Shown: positions 1-17,383, numbered from the stretch's first letter. The stretch: DNA of 64,000 nucleotides from the human T2T-CHM13v2.0 reference genome, Homo sapiens (GCA_009914755.4 CP068257.2:41376001-41440000); one strand, 5' to 3'. Notes: a model not told the origin generated them from the sequence alone. Program-made: numbers and translations.

Positions 1-400
<400 letters not shown>

Positions 401-524
401 TTAAAAAGTATCACTTGTCTTTGAACAGCTATAATTTTGGTCAGGGATTGGCAAACCACAGGCCTATGGGCCAGATCCCACTGACCTTTTTTTTGTATGG
501 CCCTAGGGCTGAGAATGGTTTCTA

Positions 525-823
<299 letters not shown>

Positions 824-890
824 TCTACATTTTTAAAGACCTGTAAAGAAAGCATACGTAATACAGACAGTATGTGACCCACAAACCTGA

Positions 891-1256
<366 letters not shown>

Positions 1257-1730
1257 CCTCAGTTCTTACTTGGACCAAATCAAAGTTGGTCTGGATCTAA
1301 ATGGAATCAAATAGCAGAACTGTTGGGAGATATGAAAAACACATGGGGATTTGGTGAGCTACTCTCCTTCAGCTGACTCATGCCTTGCTGTGATTGGTAT
1401 ACAGTATTGTCTATGTAAAAGTTGAGCCTAAAGAAATAGCTCTTAAATCACCATTAGAATTGTAAAGGAATATATGTGAGTAGTTCTAACAGCTGAAGTC
1501 TAGAACTCTGCTTCAGTGACTAGTTCCCATTGAGCGCTGGGACACGCTTTGCTGAGAGTCACTGTGGAGGGTCAGATTCTTTCCGGTGGCTCCCATGCTT
1601 CACCGAGAGCAGTTGTGCTGATCCCCCAGGCCACTGGGACAGCAGGGCAGGCTCCTTGGTCAGGGCTGGCCCAGGAACGGAGTGGGTTGATGAGAGGGAG
1701 CCTGGTCCCTGGGATACTGGTTAGGGTCTA

Positions 1731-1953
1731 CAGGCTGGGGACCCTGCGGGCTGGATGAGGACCCCCTCACTGGTCTTTGGCTTCTCAGGCTGGGGACCCT
1801 GCGGGCTGGATGAGGACCCCTCACTGGTCTTTGGCTTCTCAGGCTGGGGACCCTGCGGGCTGGATGAGGACCCCCTCACTGGTCTTTGACTTCTCAGGCT
1901 GGGGACCCTGCGGGCTGGATGAGGACCCCCTCACTGGTCTTTGGCTTCTCAGG
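1731..1953. repeat. 55-bp minisatellite, 4 copies (CAGGCTGGGGACCCTGCGGGCTGGATGAGGACCCCCTCACTGGTCTTTGGCTTCT unit)
   Basis: Unit start offsets are 55, 54, 55 bp, with 1-2 substitutions or indels per copy. Confidence 0.9.
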
Positions 1954-2061
1954 ACTTCTTTCTTTGTAGAATCTCCCTCATCCCTTCCTTTTTCTGTTTG
2001 ATGTCTCTTTCCTCATTTCTTCTGTAAAATAAACGTAAAAAGGGACTGAATAATTTCCAAC

Positions 2062-2183
2062 TTTTTTTTTTTTGATAAAGGGTCTCACTATGTTGCTGGT
2101 TTTGAACTCCTGGACTCAAGCAATATTCCCGCCTCGGGCTTCCAAAGTGCTGGGCTTACAGATGTAAGCCACTGGGCCCGGCC
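2062..2183 (-). mobile_element. Alu monomer fragment (antisense)
   Basis: Poly-T then …GTTTTGAACTCCTGGACTCAAGC…TGGGCTTACAGATGTAAGCCACTGGGCCCGGCC. Confidence 0.75.
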
Positions 2184-2327
2184 TATCCCCAACCTGTTTT
2201 TTTCAGTTTTTTTCCATTTTTTTCAGCTTTTGTGATAGTTTTCTCATGGATCTTTTGACTGGTCAGGATAACATTGCTTAGAGATGTATTTTACTTGATT
2301 ACTTAAATGTATGTTTCTGTTTCAATT

Positions 2328-2623
2328 TTTTATTTTTTTTGAGTCAGTCTCACTCTGTCACCCTGGCTGGAGTGCAGTGATGTGATCTCGATTTCACTGC
2401 GACCTCCACCTCCAGGGTTCAAGTGATTCTCTCAAGTCTCAGCCTCCCGAGTAGCTGGGATTACAGGCGCCTGCTACCACGCCTGGCTAATTTTTGCATT
2501 TTTAGTAGAGATGGGGTTTCACCACGTTGGCCAGGCTGGTCTTGAACTCCTGACCTCAAGTAATCTGCCTGCCTCAGCCTCCCAAAATGCTAGGATTACA
2601 GTCGTGAGCCACCGCCCCCAGCC
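2328..2623 (-). mobile_element. Alu (antisense)
   Basis: rc Alu consensus, both arms. Confidence 0.9.
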
Positions 2624-2721
2624 AAAAAGCAGATTTAAAATGTTAGACAAGCTGAACTCAAGGCGGAAGCATTAGATAGAGGGATATTAACATATCATTT
2701 ACAGGCATAGTTAATAATCAT

Positions 2722-3026
2722 GGGCAGGCATGGTGGCTCACACCTGTAATCCCATCACTTTAGAAGGCCAAGGAGGGCAGATTGCTTGAGCTCAGGAGTT
2801 TGAGGCTAGCCTGGGCAACATGGCAAAACCCTGTCTCTACAAAAAATACAAAAGTAAACCGGGTGTGGTGGTGCATGCCTGTGGTTCCAGCTACTCCGGG
2901 GCTGAGGTGGGAGGGTTGCTTGAGTGAGGGAGGTCGAGGCTGCAGTGAGCCAGATGGTGCCATTGCACTCCAGCCTGGGCGACAGAGCCAGACCCTGTCT
3001 CAAAAAAAAAAAATAATAATAATAAG
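2722..3026 (+). mobile_element. Alu (sense) with A/AAT-rich tail
   Basis: GGGCAGGCATGGTGGCTCACACCTGTAATCCC… through the poly-A. Confidence 0.9.
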
Positions 3027-3191
3027 CGGACACAGTGTGCCTGTAATCCCAGCTACTCGGGTGGCTGAGGCAGGAGAATTGCTTGAAATCAGGTGGTGGT
3101 TGCAGTGAGCCGAGATCACACCACTGCACTCCAGCCCGGGTGACAGAGCAAGACTCCGTCATAAATGAATAAATAAATAAATAAATAATAA
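3027..3191 (+). mobile_element. Alu right-arm fragment (sense) with (AAAT)n tail
   Basis: GCCTGTAATCCCAGCTACTCGGGTGGCTGAGGCAGGAGAATTGC…GACTCCGTC then ataaatgaataaataaataaataaataa. Confidence 0.85.
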
Positions 3192-4108
3192 GTAACGATC
3201 CATTGTGGCTTCCTGGAAACATCCATGTTCACAGCTGGGGTCTGGTCAGTCTGCATAGTGGAGCACACTGCTAGGATGCATCCTTAGCAAGTGAAAAAAG
3301 TGAGGCTCAGAACTGTTTGTAGAGTATAGCCTTTTATCTAAGGAAGGCAGATGAAGACTGGCTTATGATAAAGGTGCTAACCCCCAGACTAGTAAAAATG
3401 GGGTTCCCTGTGGAGTAGGGAAGGGGCAGTGTTATAAGTTGGATTTCTGGCCATATCTGCTATAGTACTGATCATGGAACTCTAGGGGAGGAAAGATGTT
3501 TTCCTTCTACCCATCTTATGTTCATTGGCTGGGGCTCCTGGAACAGAAGACAGATTTACAAAAGAGAAAGGCACACAAATTTATGTAATATAAGTTTTAC
3601 ATGACATGGGAGCCTTTATAAGGAAATGACCCAAGGAAATGGTTAAACCTGAGTGGTTTTGTGTTAGGTTTGATGAGCAATGAAAAGCTATGGAGAACTA
3701 TGATAGGAGGAGTGTGAGCTAAACGCAATGAACTGGGGGAAACTTAGCAAGGTCTGTTCAGATTTCTCTCTGTATCCTTCTTTGGAGGTCAGCATGTTTC
3801 CTCCCCCCGTAGATACGGAGGGCACTTCTCACATGAGGGTCTTACCACCTGCTTTGGGTGAGGGTCAGAAAGTCCTTCCTAGGTTTCGTGACCTGCCTCA
3901 GGAGAGAAGGGTTGGGGAAGGTCAGAGAGATGTTCCTGCACAAGCTGCTTCTCAAATTCTTTCAGCTTCAAATATTCAGTGTGCCCAGGTGCCACATTTT
4001 GGGGTAGCATGTCCTGAACCTTGTCAAAACTATATGGATGTTTTAATATAGTTTTAAAATAAAATGAAGTCAAAAGTTGGGGGGAAGTAGTCTCTAAAAA
4101 TTGAAAGC

Positions 4109-4250
4109 AGCCGAGCACTGTGACTCACAGCTGTAACCCCAGCATTTCGTGAGGCCAAGGTGGGAGGATCGCTTGAAGCCAAGAGTTCGATACCAGCCTT
4201 GGAAACAGCCAGACCCCATCTCTACAAAAAAAGAAAAAAAAAAAACCCTG
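4109..4250 (+). mobile_element. FLAM/Alu left-monomer fragment (sense)
   Basis: GCCGAGCACTGTGACTCACAGCTGTAACCCCAGCATTTCGTGAGGCCAAGGTGGGAGGATCGCTTGA…A-rich. Confidence 0.8.
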
Positions 4251-4348
4251 AAAGCAAAACGAATAAAAATAACCAAACCACAAATTGAGTTGGTGGCTTA
4301 ACTATACAGAGAGGAGTTATTTCAAGTGACTTCAAAACAAATTGTATT

Positions 4349-4763
<415 letters not shown>

Positions 4764-5595
4764 TTAACTTATTTATTTATTTATGTACTTACTGACTTAC
4801 AGCTACTTTTTGAGATGGGATCTTGCTCTATCAGCCAAGCTGGATCATGCCACTGCACTCAGCTTCCAAACCTTTGCTCTTGCTGGAGATGCACTACTAC
4901 AAATAAGCCACAGGACATCACTTTCTTCAGACCCTGCAGAGCATGTTACACTCATGTGGCTTCGGAAGCTGCATTCTGGTCACAGCTGAGCGTCTTTCGT
5001 GGTGCTTGCCTCATGGGCCAGCTGCTTCATCAGCTCACCCTGTGTTTCCCATTTTGAATAATGCCGTAATTCATAGGTTGAATTGATGTAATTCACTGTT
5101 GCAGGCACCAGAGTTGTACAGATTGTTGACAAGTGTCCTGTCCTTGTGAGTTCGACCTTATCTTAGAAGCACAATTATTTTATCGTCAGAGGTCAGGCTG
5201 TGTAGAAGAAATAGCAGGGCTTTGGAGCTGGACAGATTGAAGTCACCCAACCTCTGGTACATCTGTGTCCTCAACAGGGAAACAAGGACAACTAACCTAT
5301 CTGCGTCTTCTAGAGTAGTCTGGTCACAGCTAGTGTGAACCCCCCGGTCACACTGTTAGTGGCAAAAAACCATTTTATTATGTGGACAAATTCTGTGGAC
5401 CAGGAATATGGAGAGGAAGTGGCCGTCTCTCCTCCAGGATGTCTGAGTCCTCAGCTGGGACGACTCAGCGGCTGGGGGTGACGTAATGACTGAGGAATGG
5501 TATCTTCTGGAGGCGCTTTCTGAAATCTGTCAGCTGGAACACGAGCTGGGGATACTGACCAGAGCACACGTGCAGACTCCACAGGACCTGGGCTT

Positions 5596-5910
5596 CTTCA
5601 CAGATTAGAGGAGGTCTTCACAGCACTGGGGGTTCCCTCACAGCACTGGGGGGTTCCCTCATAGCATTGGGGGCTTCCTCACAGCACTGGGGGGTTCTCT
5701 CACAGCACTGGGGGGCTTCCTCACAGCAATGGGGGCCTTCCTCACAGTATCGGGGGCTCCCTAATAGCATTGGGGGCTTCTTTGATATCATTGCGAGCTT
5801 CCTCACAGCACTGGGGGGCTTCCTCAGCACTGGGGGTCTCCTTTATGTCATTAGGGGGCTTTCTCATAGCAGTGTCAGGGGGGCGTTCCTCACAGCATGG
5901 GGCTTCCTGG
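5596..5910. repeat. 24-bp G-run minisatellite, ~13 copies (CTTCCTCACAGCACTGGGGGG-type unit)
   Basis: Direct reading: repeated cacagcactgggggg(t/c)tccctca units with point variants; ORF-track peptides in this span reiterate the same motif. Confidence 0.9.
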
Positions 5911-6600
5911 TAGTCGGAGTGTCACTATGAACAAGATGGAAGCCTCCTTGCCTTTTCTAACCCAGCTCTGGAGTCGCACACCATCATTTCCACTGCATTC
6001 TCTTGTTCTCAAATGAGTCACTAGGTCAGCCTGGATTGCAGAGGAAGGGACAAAGACCTCGTGTCTCGATGGGAGAAATGCCATAGAGTTGGGGGATGCA
6101 CTGGCCTTGGCATGTAGTAGACACAGCTCTGTCTGCCCTCACTGCCCCTTTCCTCCCCTCACGAAGCTCCATTCTTCTCCTGACACTCAAAACGCTGACT
6201 GAACGAATGTCCGTCTCGCCTCCACAGGGCCTACATCAACAGGACTCGCGGGCCGAGCTTCCAGGCGCCTTGAGTGGCTGGGCCGGGCCTCCACGTTGCC
6301 CTGCTGCAGGGTTAGGTGGGAGCGAGACTGGCCCCACTCCTGTTGACTGTTCCACCAGCACCTTCAGTTTGTGGAAGTGGTTGTGTCCAAAGAGATTTTC
6401 GTAAAAACATCACAATTCTAAAACTTTTTTTTTTTTTTCACAATTCTAAAACTTTATGCATTTTTGGCATTTAAAAAGCCCTGGCAAGTCTACTGCCTTA
6501 TTTCTCCTGCTCCCTTGGCCTGTGGGTCTGTTCCTGTATGGTTACCCACTTTGTTTTTTTTTTTTTTTTGCTGTTACTGTGGCTTTGTAGTATATTTTAA

Positions 6601-7690
<1,090 letters not shown>

Positions 7691-8070
7691 CATATCTGCA
7701 TGATTTATAGATAATAACATTTACTGAGAAAACCAGTGGAATCTCCGTAAACTGTTAGAACCACAGGAGGATCCAGAACAGTTGCCAGATACAAGGTCAG
7801 TCTACACAAACCAGTGATACTTCTACCGGCAACCCACCAGAAAGTGTGACTGCTCTTGAGATGGTAACCAGAAAACCCATAAAGTGTTTAGGAATTAATC
7901 TAAGAAGACCTCCAGAAAGAAGACCATCAGACTTAATCCTGGATGAAGGCGTGGGTCTGATGAATGAAGAAGATCCCGTGCTCATGGAGGGGATGATCTG
8001 TTGTTATAATGATGTCTCTTTTCCCCACATGAGTCCATAAATACATTTAAAAAGTGTTATAAATTTGATC

Positions 8071-8361
8071 AAGCACGGTGGCTTATGCCTGTAATCCCAG
8101 CACTTTAGGAAGCTGAGGCAGGAGGAGCGCTTGAGCCCAGGAGTTTGAGGACAGCCTGGGCCGCATAGTGAGACACCGTCTCTGTAAAAAATACAAAAAT
8201 TAGCTGGGCTTGGTGACACATGCCCGTAGTCCTAGCTACTAAGGAGACTGAGGTGGGAGGATTGCTTGAGCCTGGGAAGTTGTGGCTACAGTGAGCCATG
8301 AATGTGCCACTGCATTCCAGCATGGGTGACAGAGTGAGACCCTGTCTCAGAATAAAATAAA
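8071..8361 (+). mobile_element. Alu (sense, older subfamily)
   Basis: AAGCACGGTGGCTTATGCCTGTAATCCCAGCACTTTAGGAAGCTGAGG… tail AGAATAAAATAAA. Confidence 0.85.
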
Positions 8362-8835
8362 TTGTTTCTTGACAGCAGAGACATTGTTTTGTTTGCTGCT
8401 CTATCCTCAGCACTTAGAACAGCCAGGCATAAAGAAGACATTCAGTAAGTATGTGTGGAATGAGTGAAGGGTTCGGTGAAGTGTGTAGAGTTGTATGCCC
8501 TACCTTCTCACCGGACAGTGACCTCAAACTCTTTCCCACTCTGCCTCGTGTGTTGTGATCGCACAACGGATGAGTGCAGTTGACTTCCCTGTTCCCTGTC
8601 GATGGATGGATAGGTTTGTTTCCAATTTTTGTTATTGTGAATAAAAAAAACCTTTAGCATCTAGGTTTTCTTGCTAAAAGTTTTTAATGCCCTTTAAAAT
8701 GAGGCTTTGACACAGAAAAGATTATTTAAGTTTATTTTTAAATGAACATTTATTAATGTAGAGAGTTACAGGCTTGGTTTTCCTCTATTTTATATAGAAG
8801 TTGCTAATTTTATTCTCTTTATAAAGTTTAGAAAA

Positions 8836-9122
8836 TTTTTTTTGAGGCAGAGTCTTGCTCTGTCACCCACGCTGGCGTGCAGTGGCCTGATCTCAGCTCA
8901 CCGCAACTTCCGCCTCTCTGGCTCAAGCCTTCCTCCCTCCTCAGCCCCCCAAGTAGCTGGGACTATAGGCACAACACCACACCCGGCTAATTTTTGTATT
9001 TTAATAGCAATGGGGTCTTACCATGTTGGCAAGGCTGGTCTCAAACTCCTGGCCCCAAGTGATCTGCCTGCCTCAGCCTCCCAAAGTGCTGGGATTACGT
9101 GTGTGAGCCACCATGCCCAGCC
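8836..9122 (-). mobile_element. Alu (antisense)
   Basis: rc Alu consensus. Confidence 0.9.
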
Positions 9123-9185
9123 AAATTTAGTAAGTTTTAACTTTCACCTTTAAGACAGCCTTTGAACAACTTAAATTATCAGACC

Positions 9186-9188
9186 ATA

Positions 9189-9210
<22 letters not shown>
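9186..9210. repeat. (TA)n microsatellite
   Basis: atatatatatatatatatatatata ahead of the Alu poly-T. Confidence 0.9.
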
Positions 9211-9228
<18 letters not shown>

Positions 9229-9516
9229 TTTTTTGAGACGGAGTCTTGCTCTGTCACCCAGGCTGGAGTGCAGTGACACAATCTCAGCTCACTGCAGCCT
9301 CTGCCTCCCGGGTTGAAGCAGTTCTCCTGCCTCGGCCTCCCAAAGTGCTGGGATTACAGGCGTGAGCCATTGCACCCAGCCAATTTTTGTATTTTTAGTA
9401 GAGGCGGGGTTTCACCATGTTGGCCAGACTGGTCTTGAACTCCTGGCCTCAAGTGATCCACCCACATTGGCTTCCCAAAATGCTAGTATTACAGGCACGT
9501 GCCACTGTACCTGACT
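9211..9516 (-). mobile_element. Alu (antisense)
   Basis: 24-nt poly-T head, rc Alu consensus. Confidence 0.9.
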
Positions 9517-9839
9517 GTTTTAACCAGTTTTGTTAGAGAGAAGGACTACCAATCTATACATTTTGAAATTCTGACTTTTCCCTCATATTATGAACATTTT
9601 GAAAGACAATCTGAGAGTAGAATCTTGATTATCTGCTACCTAGATTCAACAGTTATTGTTATCTGGACCCAATTTATTTATGTTTATATTTTTATTGATC
9701 CATTTGAAAGTAAGTTTTGGATATCATGGTCATACAACTAAACATTGAGCACGTACTTCTCAAAATGGTGATATTTATGCTGTGAGCTTATAGCTTTATC
9801 ACACCATCAAAATAACACTCAATCTCTAATAGTATATAA

Positions 9840-10262
<423 letters not shown>

Positions 10263-10436
10263 GTTTACTTTTATTTTTGCCAGTTTCTTTATAGAGTGCC
10301 TCTCAGTTTGGGTTCCTGGGTGTGTCCTGAGGATTGGACTCACAGCTTGCATTTTAGGAAGGACTGCACAGAAGCCAGTAGAGTGTATCCTTTTCATTGC
10401 ATCATTGTTTTCCCTTTGTAATTAATAAGTGTCTTG

Positions 10437-10731
10437 AGCCTGGTGCTGTGGCACATGCCTGTAATCCCAGCGCTTTGGGAGGCGGAGGTAGGAGGACGGC
10501 TTGAGCCCAAGAGTTCAAGACCAGCCTGGGCAACAGAGTGAGACCCCTGTCTACAAAAAAATGCAAAAATTAGCCAGGTATGGTGGCATGTGCCTATAGT
10601 TCTAGCTACTCAAGAGACTGAAGTGTGAGGATTGCTTTAACCTGGGAGGTTGAGGCTGCAGTGAGCCAGAGTCTTGCCACTGCATTCCAGCCTGGGAATA
10701 GAGCAAGAACCCATCTCAAAAAAATAAAAAA
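10437..10731 (+). mobile_element. Alu (sense)
   Basis: GCCTGGTGCTGTGGCACATGCCTGTAATCCCAGCGCTTTGGGAGGCGGAGG… A-rich tail. Confidence 0.9.
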
Positions 10732-10994
10732 TGAAATGTATCTTGTGGCAGGTACTTTGAGATTATGTACATTTCCTGTTTCTCATACTTTCACAAACTA
10801 GTGTTAGCATCCATCAATGATTCCTGTCTGAAACGGCTTACTGTGGTGGTTGCCGAATGGTGATGTTTGAAAGCTGTCGTCATCCTCTACACGTTAGAGA
10901 ACTCTTGTATTTTAGAGCTTTTTCTGCTCCCCATCTATTCATATATGTATTTATATTTTTAAAGAAAAACTTATTCTGACCCTTATTAAAGATA

Positions 10995-11262
10995 GCAAGG
11001 CACTTAGTGCTTTGGGAGGCAAGGCAGGACGATAGCTTGAGGCCAGGAGCTTGAGACCAGCCTGGGCAACAAAGTGAAACCTCATGTCTACAGAAATTTT
11101 TAAAAATTAGCCAAGTGTGGTGGTGTGAGCCTGTAGTCCTAGCTCCGTGGGAGGCTGAGGCAGGAGGATCACTTGAGTCCAGGGGTTCGAGGCTGCATGA
11201 TTGCACCACTGTACTCCAGCCTAGGTGACAGAGCAAGACCTTGTCTCAGAAAAGCAAGACAA
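10995..11262 (+). mobile_element. Alu (sense, 5'-truncated)
   Basis: …GCACTTAGTGCTTTGGGAGGCAAGGCAGGACGATAGCTTGAGGCCAGGAGCTTGAGACCAGCCTGGGCAAC…. Confidence 0.85.
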
Positions 11263-11755
11263 AGGGCAGGCTGTTCAGGATGATCATGATAGGTATAGGG
11301 ACTGCTGCAATGGGATTGTGTAGTGGGGGAGACCTAGGAGCAGGAGTGGGGGCCATGCACGGAAAATTTAACTAAGAGGAAACATCAGGGTGCAGGGGGT
11401 TCTGGCTGAACTGACCTAACAGGATTCTTGTGGAAGGCCGCTAGCATCACTCCTCTGGACCATAAACACTCGGGGAGTCCCAATCTCTCCTGAGCAGTGC
11501 ATTGGCGCCAGCTTTCCAGATGTGTGTGTAAGTCCATCATCCTTTAAGAAGTTTGCTTAGAAAGCCTAGATGCTGAGACTTAAAAATGGAGTCTCACCAT
11601 GGACAGTTCTCATAAAGAATTGTCTCCCAACAAAGTGGCTGACTGTGTTGTGGCTGTATTGTTACAGACCTTCTCAGATGTGTTTGCTGCAAGTTTTGTT
11701 TATTTGGAACTCTTTGGAAGCTAGCACAACTACATAGAAACCCATATAAGTTAGC

Positions 11756-11906
11756 CACCATGCTCAGCTAATTTTTAAAAAAATTTGTTGTAGAGATGGG
11801 GTCTCGTTCTGTTGCCCAGGCTGGTCTTGAACTCCTGGGCTCAAGTGATCCTTCCACCTTGGCCTCCCAAAGTGCTGGGATTACAGGTGTGAGCCTCTGT
11901 ACTCAG
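11756..11906 (-). mobile_element. Alu fragment (antisense, one monomer)
   Basis: rc Alu: …GGTCTTGAACTCCTGGGCTCAAGTGATCC…GTGCTGGGATTACAGGTGTGAGCC. Confidence 0.8.
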
Positions 11907-11930
11907 CTAATTTAGCTAGTTTTTGTATTT

Positions 11931-12289
<359 letters not shown>

Positions 12290-13080
12290 TGACTCATTTT
12301 CAACACTTCTCCACAGGACTAGTGCTATGCGTCAGCAGACGCTGCCTGTGTGGGGATGGAGGTTGGCTCAGACACAGTGCGTGGCCTCGGGAGCCTTACG
12401 TTCCAGCAACCACTTGACTAACAGTCATAAAAATTAAAATTGTAAAATATTTTGTCAACTGTGCATCAGCCAAACAAAAAAAATTAAAATTGCCTGAAGT
12501 GGAACAAGGAGATGTGGGATGAAGTCAAGCAAATTATGTGTCCAAAAATGTATAATGTCAGTGATTAGCTTCAGGAAGCATTTGTATTTAGTGCCTATTG
12601 ACATCAGAGACAGCGCTAGTAGTTGGGGATGCAGCAAGACGGGCCCCTGGCCCTTAAGGAACTTGTAGTCCAAATGAACAACTGAAGTACTGCGGGGCTG
12701 AGCAGAGGGTGCTGTGTGAGGGTCCAGCATGGACAAACTTAACCCCAGTGTGGGTGAGATTCATCAGGAAGGCTTTCTGGAGAAGGTGATGTGGGCGATG
12801 CATGTTCTCCACCTAGCCATGCCCAGAGGGAAGTGTGTCTGGGCAGAACTATCAGGCTGGGGAGGACTCAGGGGTGGGAGAGAACCTGGCATGCTGGGGA
12901 AGCTAAATGTGGCGATTGGTTTGTTTATACAACTTGGAGTGCGGAAGGGGGTCAGTAAGGGGATGCTGATGCCTGAGGGTGAGGGTTGGGCAGAGGCAAT
13001 TTTAAGCATGTGAGTCACATGATCAGATTTCCATTTTAGAAAGCTTGGAGAATGGGTCTACTCAGGTAGCTCACACCTTG

Positions 13081-13434
13081 TGTTGTCCATTTTCACACTG
13101 CTGATAAAGTTGTACCCAAGACTGGGCAATTTACAAAAGAAAGAGGTTTAATTGGACTTACAGTTCCATATGGCTGGGGAAGCCTCACAATCATGGTGAA
13201 AGACAAGGAAGAGCAAGTCATGTCTTACATGGATGGCAGCAGGCAAAGAGAGGAGCATGTGTGCAGGGGAGCTCCTCTTTTTAAAACCATCAGATCTTGT
13301 GGGACTTATTCGCTATCATGAGAACAGCACAGAAAAGACTTGCCCCCATGATTCAACTACCTCCCACCAGCTCCCTCCCATAACATGTGGGAATTCAAGA
13401 TGAGATTTGGGTGGGGACACAGCCAACCATATCA
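13081..13434 (-). mobile_element. THE1-type MaLR LTR (3' LTR of a minus-strand element)
   Basis: Reverse complement of the THE1/MST LTR: tgttgtccattttcacactgctgataaag…gggaattcaagatgagatttgggtggggacacagccaaccatatca. Confidence 0.8.
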
Positions 13435-15310
<1,876 letters not shown>

Positions 15311-15666
15311 GTTAGTCCATATTCATGCTGCTGATAAAGACATACCCAAGACTGGGCAGTTTTCAAAAGAAGGAGGTTTAATGGAGTTACAGTTCCACAT
15401 GGCTGGGGAAGCCTCACAATCATGGCGGAAGGCAAGGAAAAGCAAATTATGTCTTACATGGATGGCAGCAGGCAAAGAGAGGAGAGCATGTACAGGGGAA
15501 TTCCTCTTTTTAAAACCATCAGATCTCATGTGAGACTTATTCACTATCAGGAGAACAACATGGGAAAGACTTGCCCCCATGATTCAATTACCTCCCACTG
15601 GGTCCCTCCCACAACACGTGGGAATTCAAGATGAGATTTGGGTGGGGACACAGCTAAACCATATCA
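15311..15666 (-). mobile_element. THE1-type MaLR LTR (5' LTR of the minus-strand element)
   Basis: tgttagtccatattcatgctgctgataaagacatacccaagactgggcag…gggaattcaagatgagatttgggtggggacacagctaaaccatatca; same orientation and ~90% similar to the 13081-13434 copy. Confidence 0.8.
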
Positions 15667-15950
15667 CACCTGTAATCCAGCACTTTGGGAGGCTGAGGCA
15701 GGAGAATTGCTTGAGCCCAGGAATTCAAGACCAGCCTGAGCAATATAGCAAGACTTCATCTCTACAAAAAATTAAAAAGCCAGCATGGTGGTGTGGGCCT
15801 GTAGTTCCTGCTGTTTAGGGGGCTGTGGTGGGAGCATCTCTTGAGTTCAGGAAGTCGGGGCCCCAGTGAGCTATGATTGCAACATTGCAGTCCAGCCTAG
15901 GTGACAGAACAAGAACCTGTCTCTAAAAAAGGGAGAAAAAAAGAAAGCTT
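15667..15950 (+). mobile_element. Alu (sense, 5'-truncated, older subfamily) abutting the LTR
   Basis: CACCTGTAATCCAGCACTTTGGGAGGCTGAGGCAGGAGAATTGCTTGAGCCCAGGAATTCAAGACCAGCCTGAGCAAT…. Confidence 0.85.
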
Positions 15951-16719
15951 GGAGAATGGACTGGAAGAGGGAAGACTGGAGGCTCATACAACCAGGTAGG
16001 AGCCTCCTACCACCATTGAGGTGTGAGGTGATGGCGCTGAATTAGAGCCACTGCACTGGGGTGCAGGGGAGCAGATGGAAGTGAAATTGGAGGGAAAGCA
16101 GAGATTTGGAGGAGAGCCAGGTTATGGTCAAGGCGGAGTCCTGTTAGGAGAGGTTCAGTGACACGTTTGCAGATGTGTAGGGTCTCTGCAGAACAGTTGT
16201 CTTGGGGAAGAGTTCCTGAAGTGTTTTCCTCATATTTTAATTGCACATATTCCATTTCATGGGTGGCCGTTATCCGTTATACCAGGCTGCTGTTGAAAGC
16301 GGTTTCCAGCCTTTTCTGTTACCAGTGGCTCCCATGCCGTGTTGCAAGGGTGTACCTGTGTTGATAGGATTCCCCCGGGCTGTGAGATTGCTCAGTCACA
16401 GCCTTCTCCCTGCAGGCTCTCCTGCTCATTGGCAGCACCCTCAGCCCCACTCTTCCTTGGCACTCAGCCTCCTCTTCCTTGGCACTCAGCTGTCCTTGCC
16501 GTGGCTGGCACTCCCACATCCTTGGTCCTCCTTCTCCACGAGGCTTTGGGGGCACCACCTGGTTCTTTTGCTGTCCCATGGCAGTTCTTCATCCTGTGCT
16601 GTGTCCTCCTGTCTCCCTGAGCTCCAGACTGTCTTCTAGCACAGGCTGTTCTCTCTCTTCCTGAATGGTCTCATAAAGTCTTAAGGCTTTAAACACATTA
16701 AATATCTAAAAATAAAGTT

Positions 16720-17046
16720 GGCCGGGCTCAGTGGCTCATGGCTGTAATCCCAGCACTTTGGGAGGCTGAGGCGGGCGGATCACAAGGTCAGGAGATCGAG
16801 ACCGTCCTGGCTAACATGGTGAAACCCCGTCTCTACTGAAAAGACAAAAAATTAGCCGGACGTAGTCGCAGGCGCCTGTAGTCCCAGCTACTCGGGAGGC
16901 TGAGGCAGGAGAATGGTGTGAACCTGGGAGATGGAGCTTGCAAGTGAGCTGAGATCGCGCCACTGCACTCCAGCCTGGGTGACAGAGCAAGACTCCGTCT
17001 CAAATAAATAAATAAATAAATAAATAAATAAAAATAAAAATAAAGT
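16720..17046 (+). mobile_element. Alu (sense, AluY-like) with (AAAT)n tail
   Basis: GGCCGGGCTCAGTGGCTCATGGCTGTAATCCC…GGCGGGCGGATCACAAGGTCAGGAGATCGAGACC… tail aaataaataaataaataaataaataaaaataaaaataaag. Confidence 0.9.
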
Positions 17047-17075
17047 TTTAGCCACCCACCCTGGCAGATTTATTT

Positions 17076-17199
17076 TTAGTATTGTAGGCACAGGGTCTTG
17101 CTATGTTGCCCAGGCTGGTCTTGAACTCCTGAACTCAAGTGGTCCTTCCACATCAGCTCTCAGAGTGCTGGGATTACAGGCATGAACCGCCGTGTCCAG
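17076..17199 (-). mobile_element. Alu monomer fragment (antisense)
   Basis: rc: GGTCTTGAACTCCTGAACTCAAGTGGTCC…GTGCTGGGATTACAGGCATGAACCGCCGTG. Confidence 0.75.
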
Positions 17200-17383
17200 T
17201 TAGACGTATCTTTTTGGAGGACACAGTTACCCTCTACATGTACTAACTATACTTTGATGGTGGCCAAATCTGCGTTTCTAGGCCAGACTCCCTTGCTCAG
17301 AGTTTTAATGGGGGTGTCTGAGAAGCATCTCAAACTTAAAATGTCCCAACATGCCCTCCCCTCCCAGGCCACAGAAGCTGCTC

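Noticed and set aside
5596-5910. Possible CRISPR array (regular ~24-bp repeats)
   Set aside because: The units are contiguous with no unique spacers, the context is a primate intron, and there are no cas genes. It is a minisatellite.
16241-16664. Cluster of 86-132-aa ORFs in non-repeat DNA upstream of exon 2
   Set aside because: Pro/Leu/Ser-rich overlapping frames on both strands and no splice or domain evidence; it contains a small ctcttccttggcactcagc x2 duplication. Treated as unique intronic sequence.
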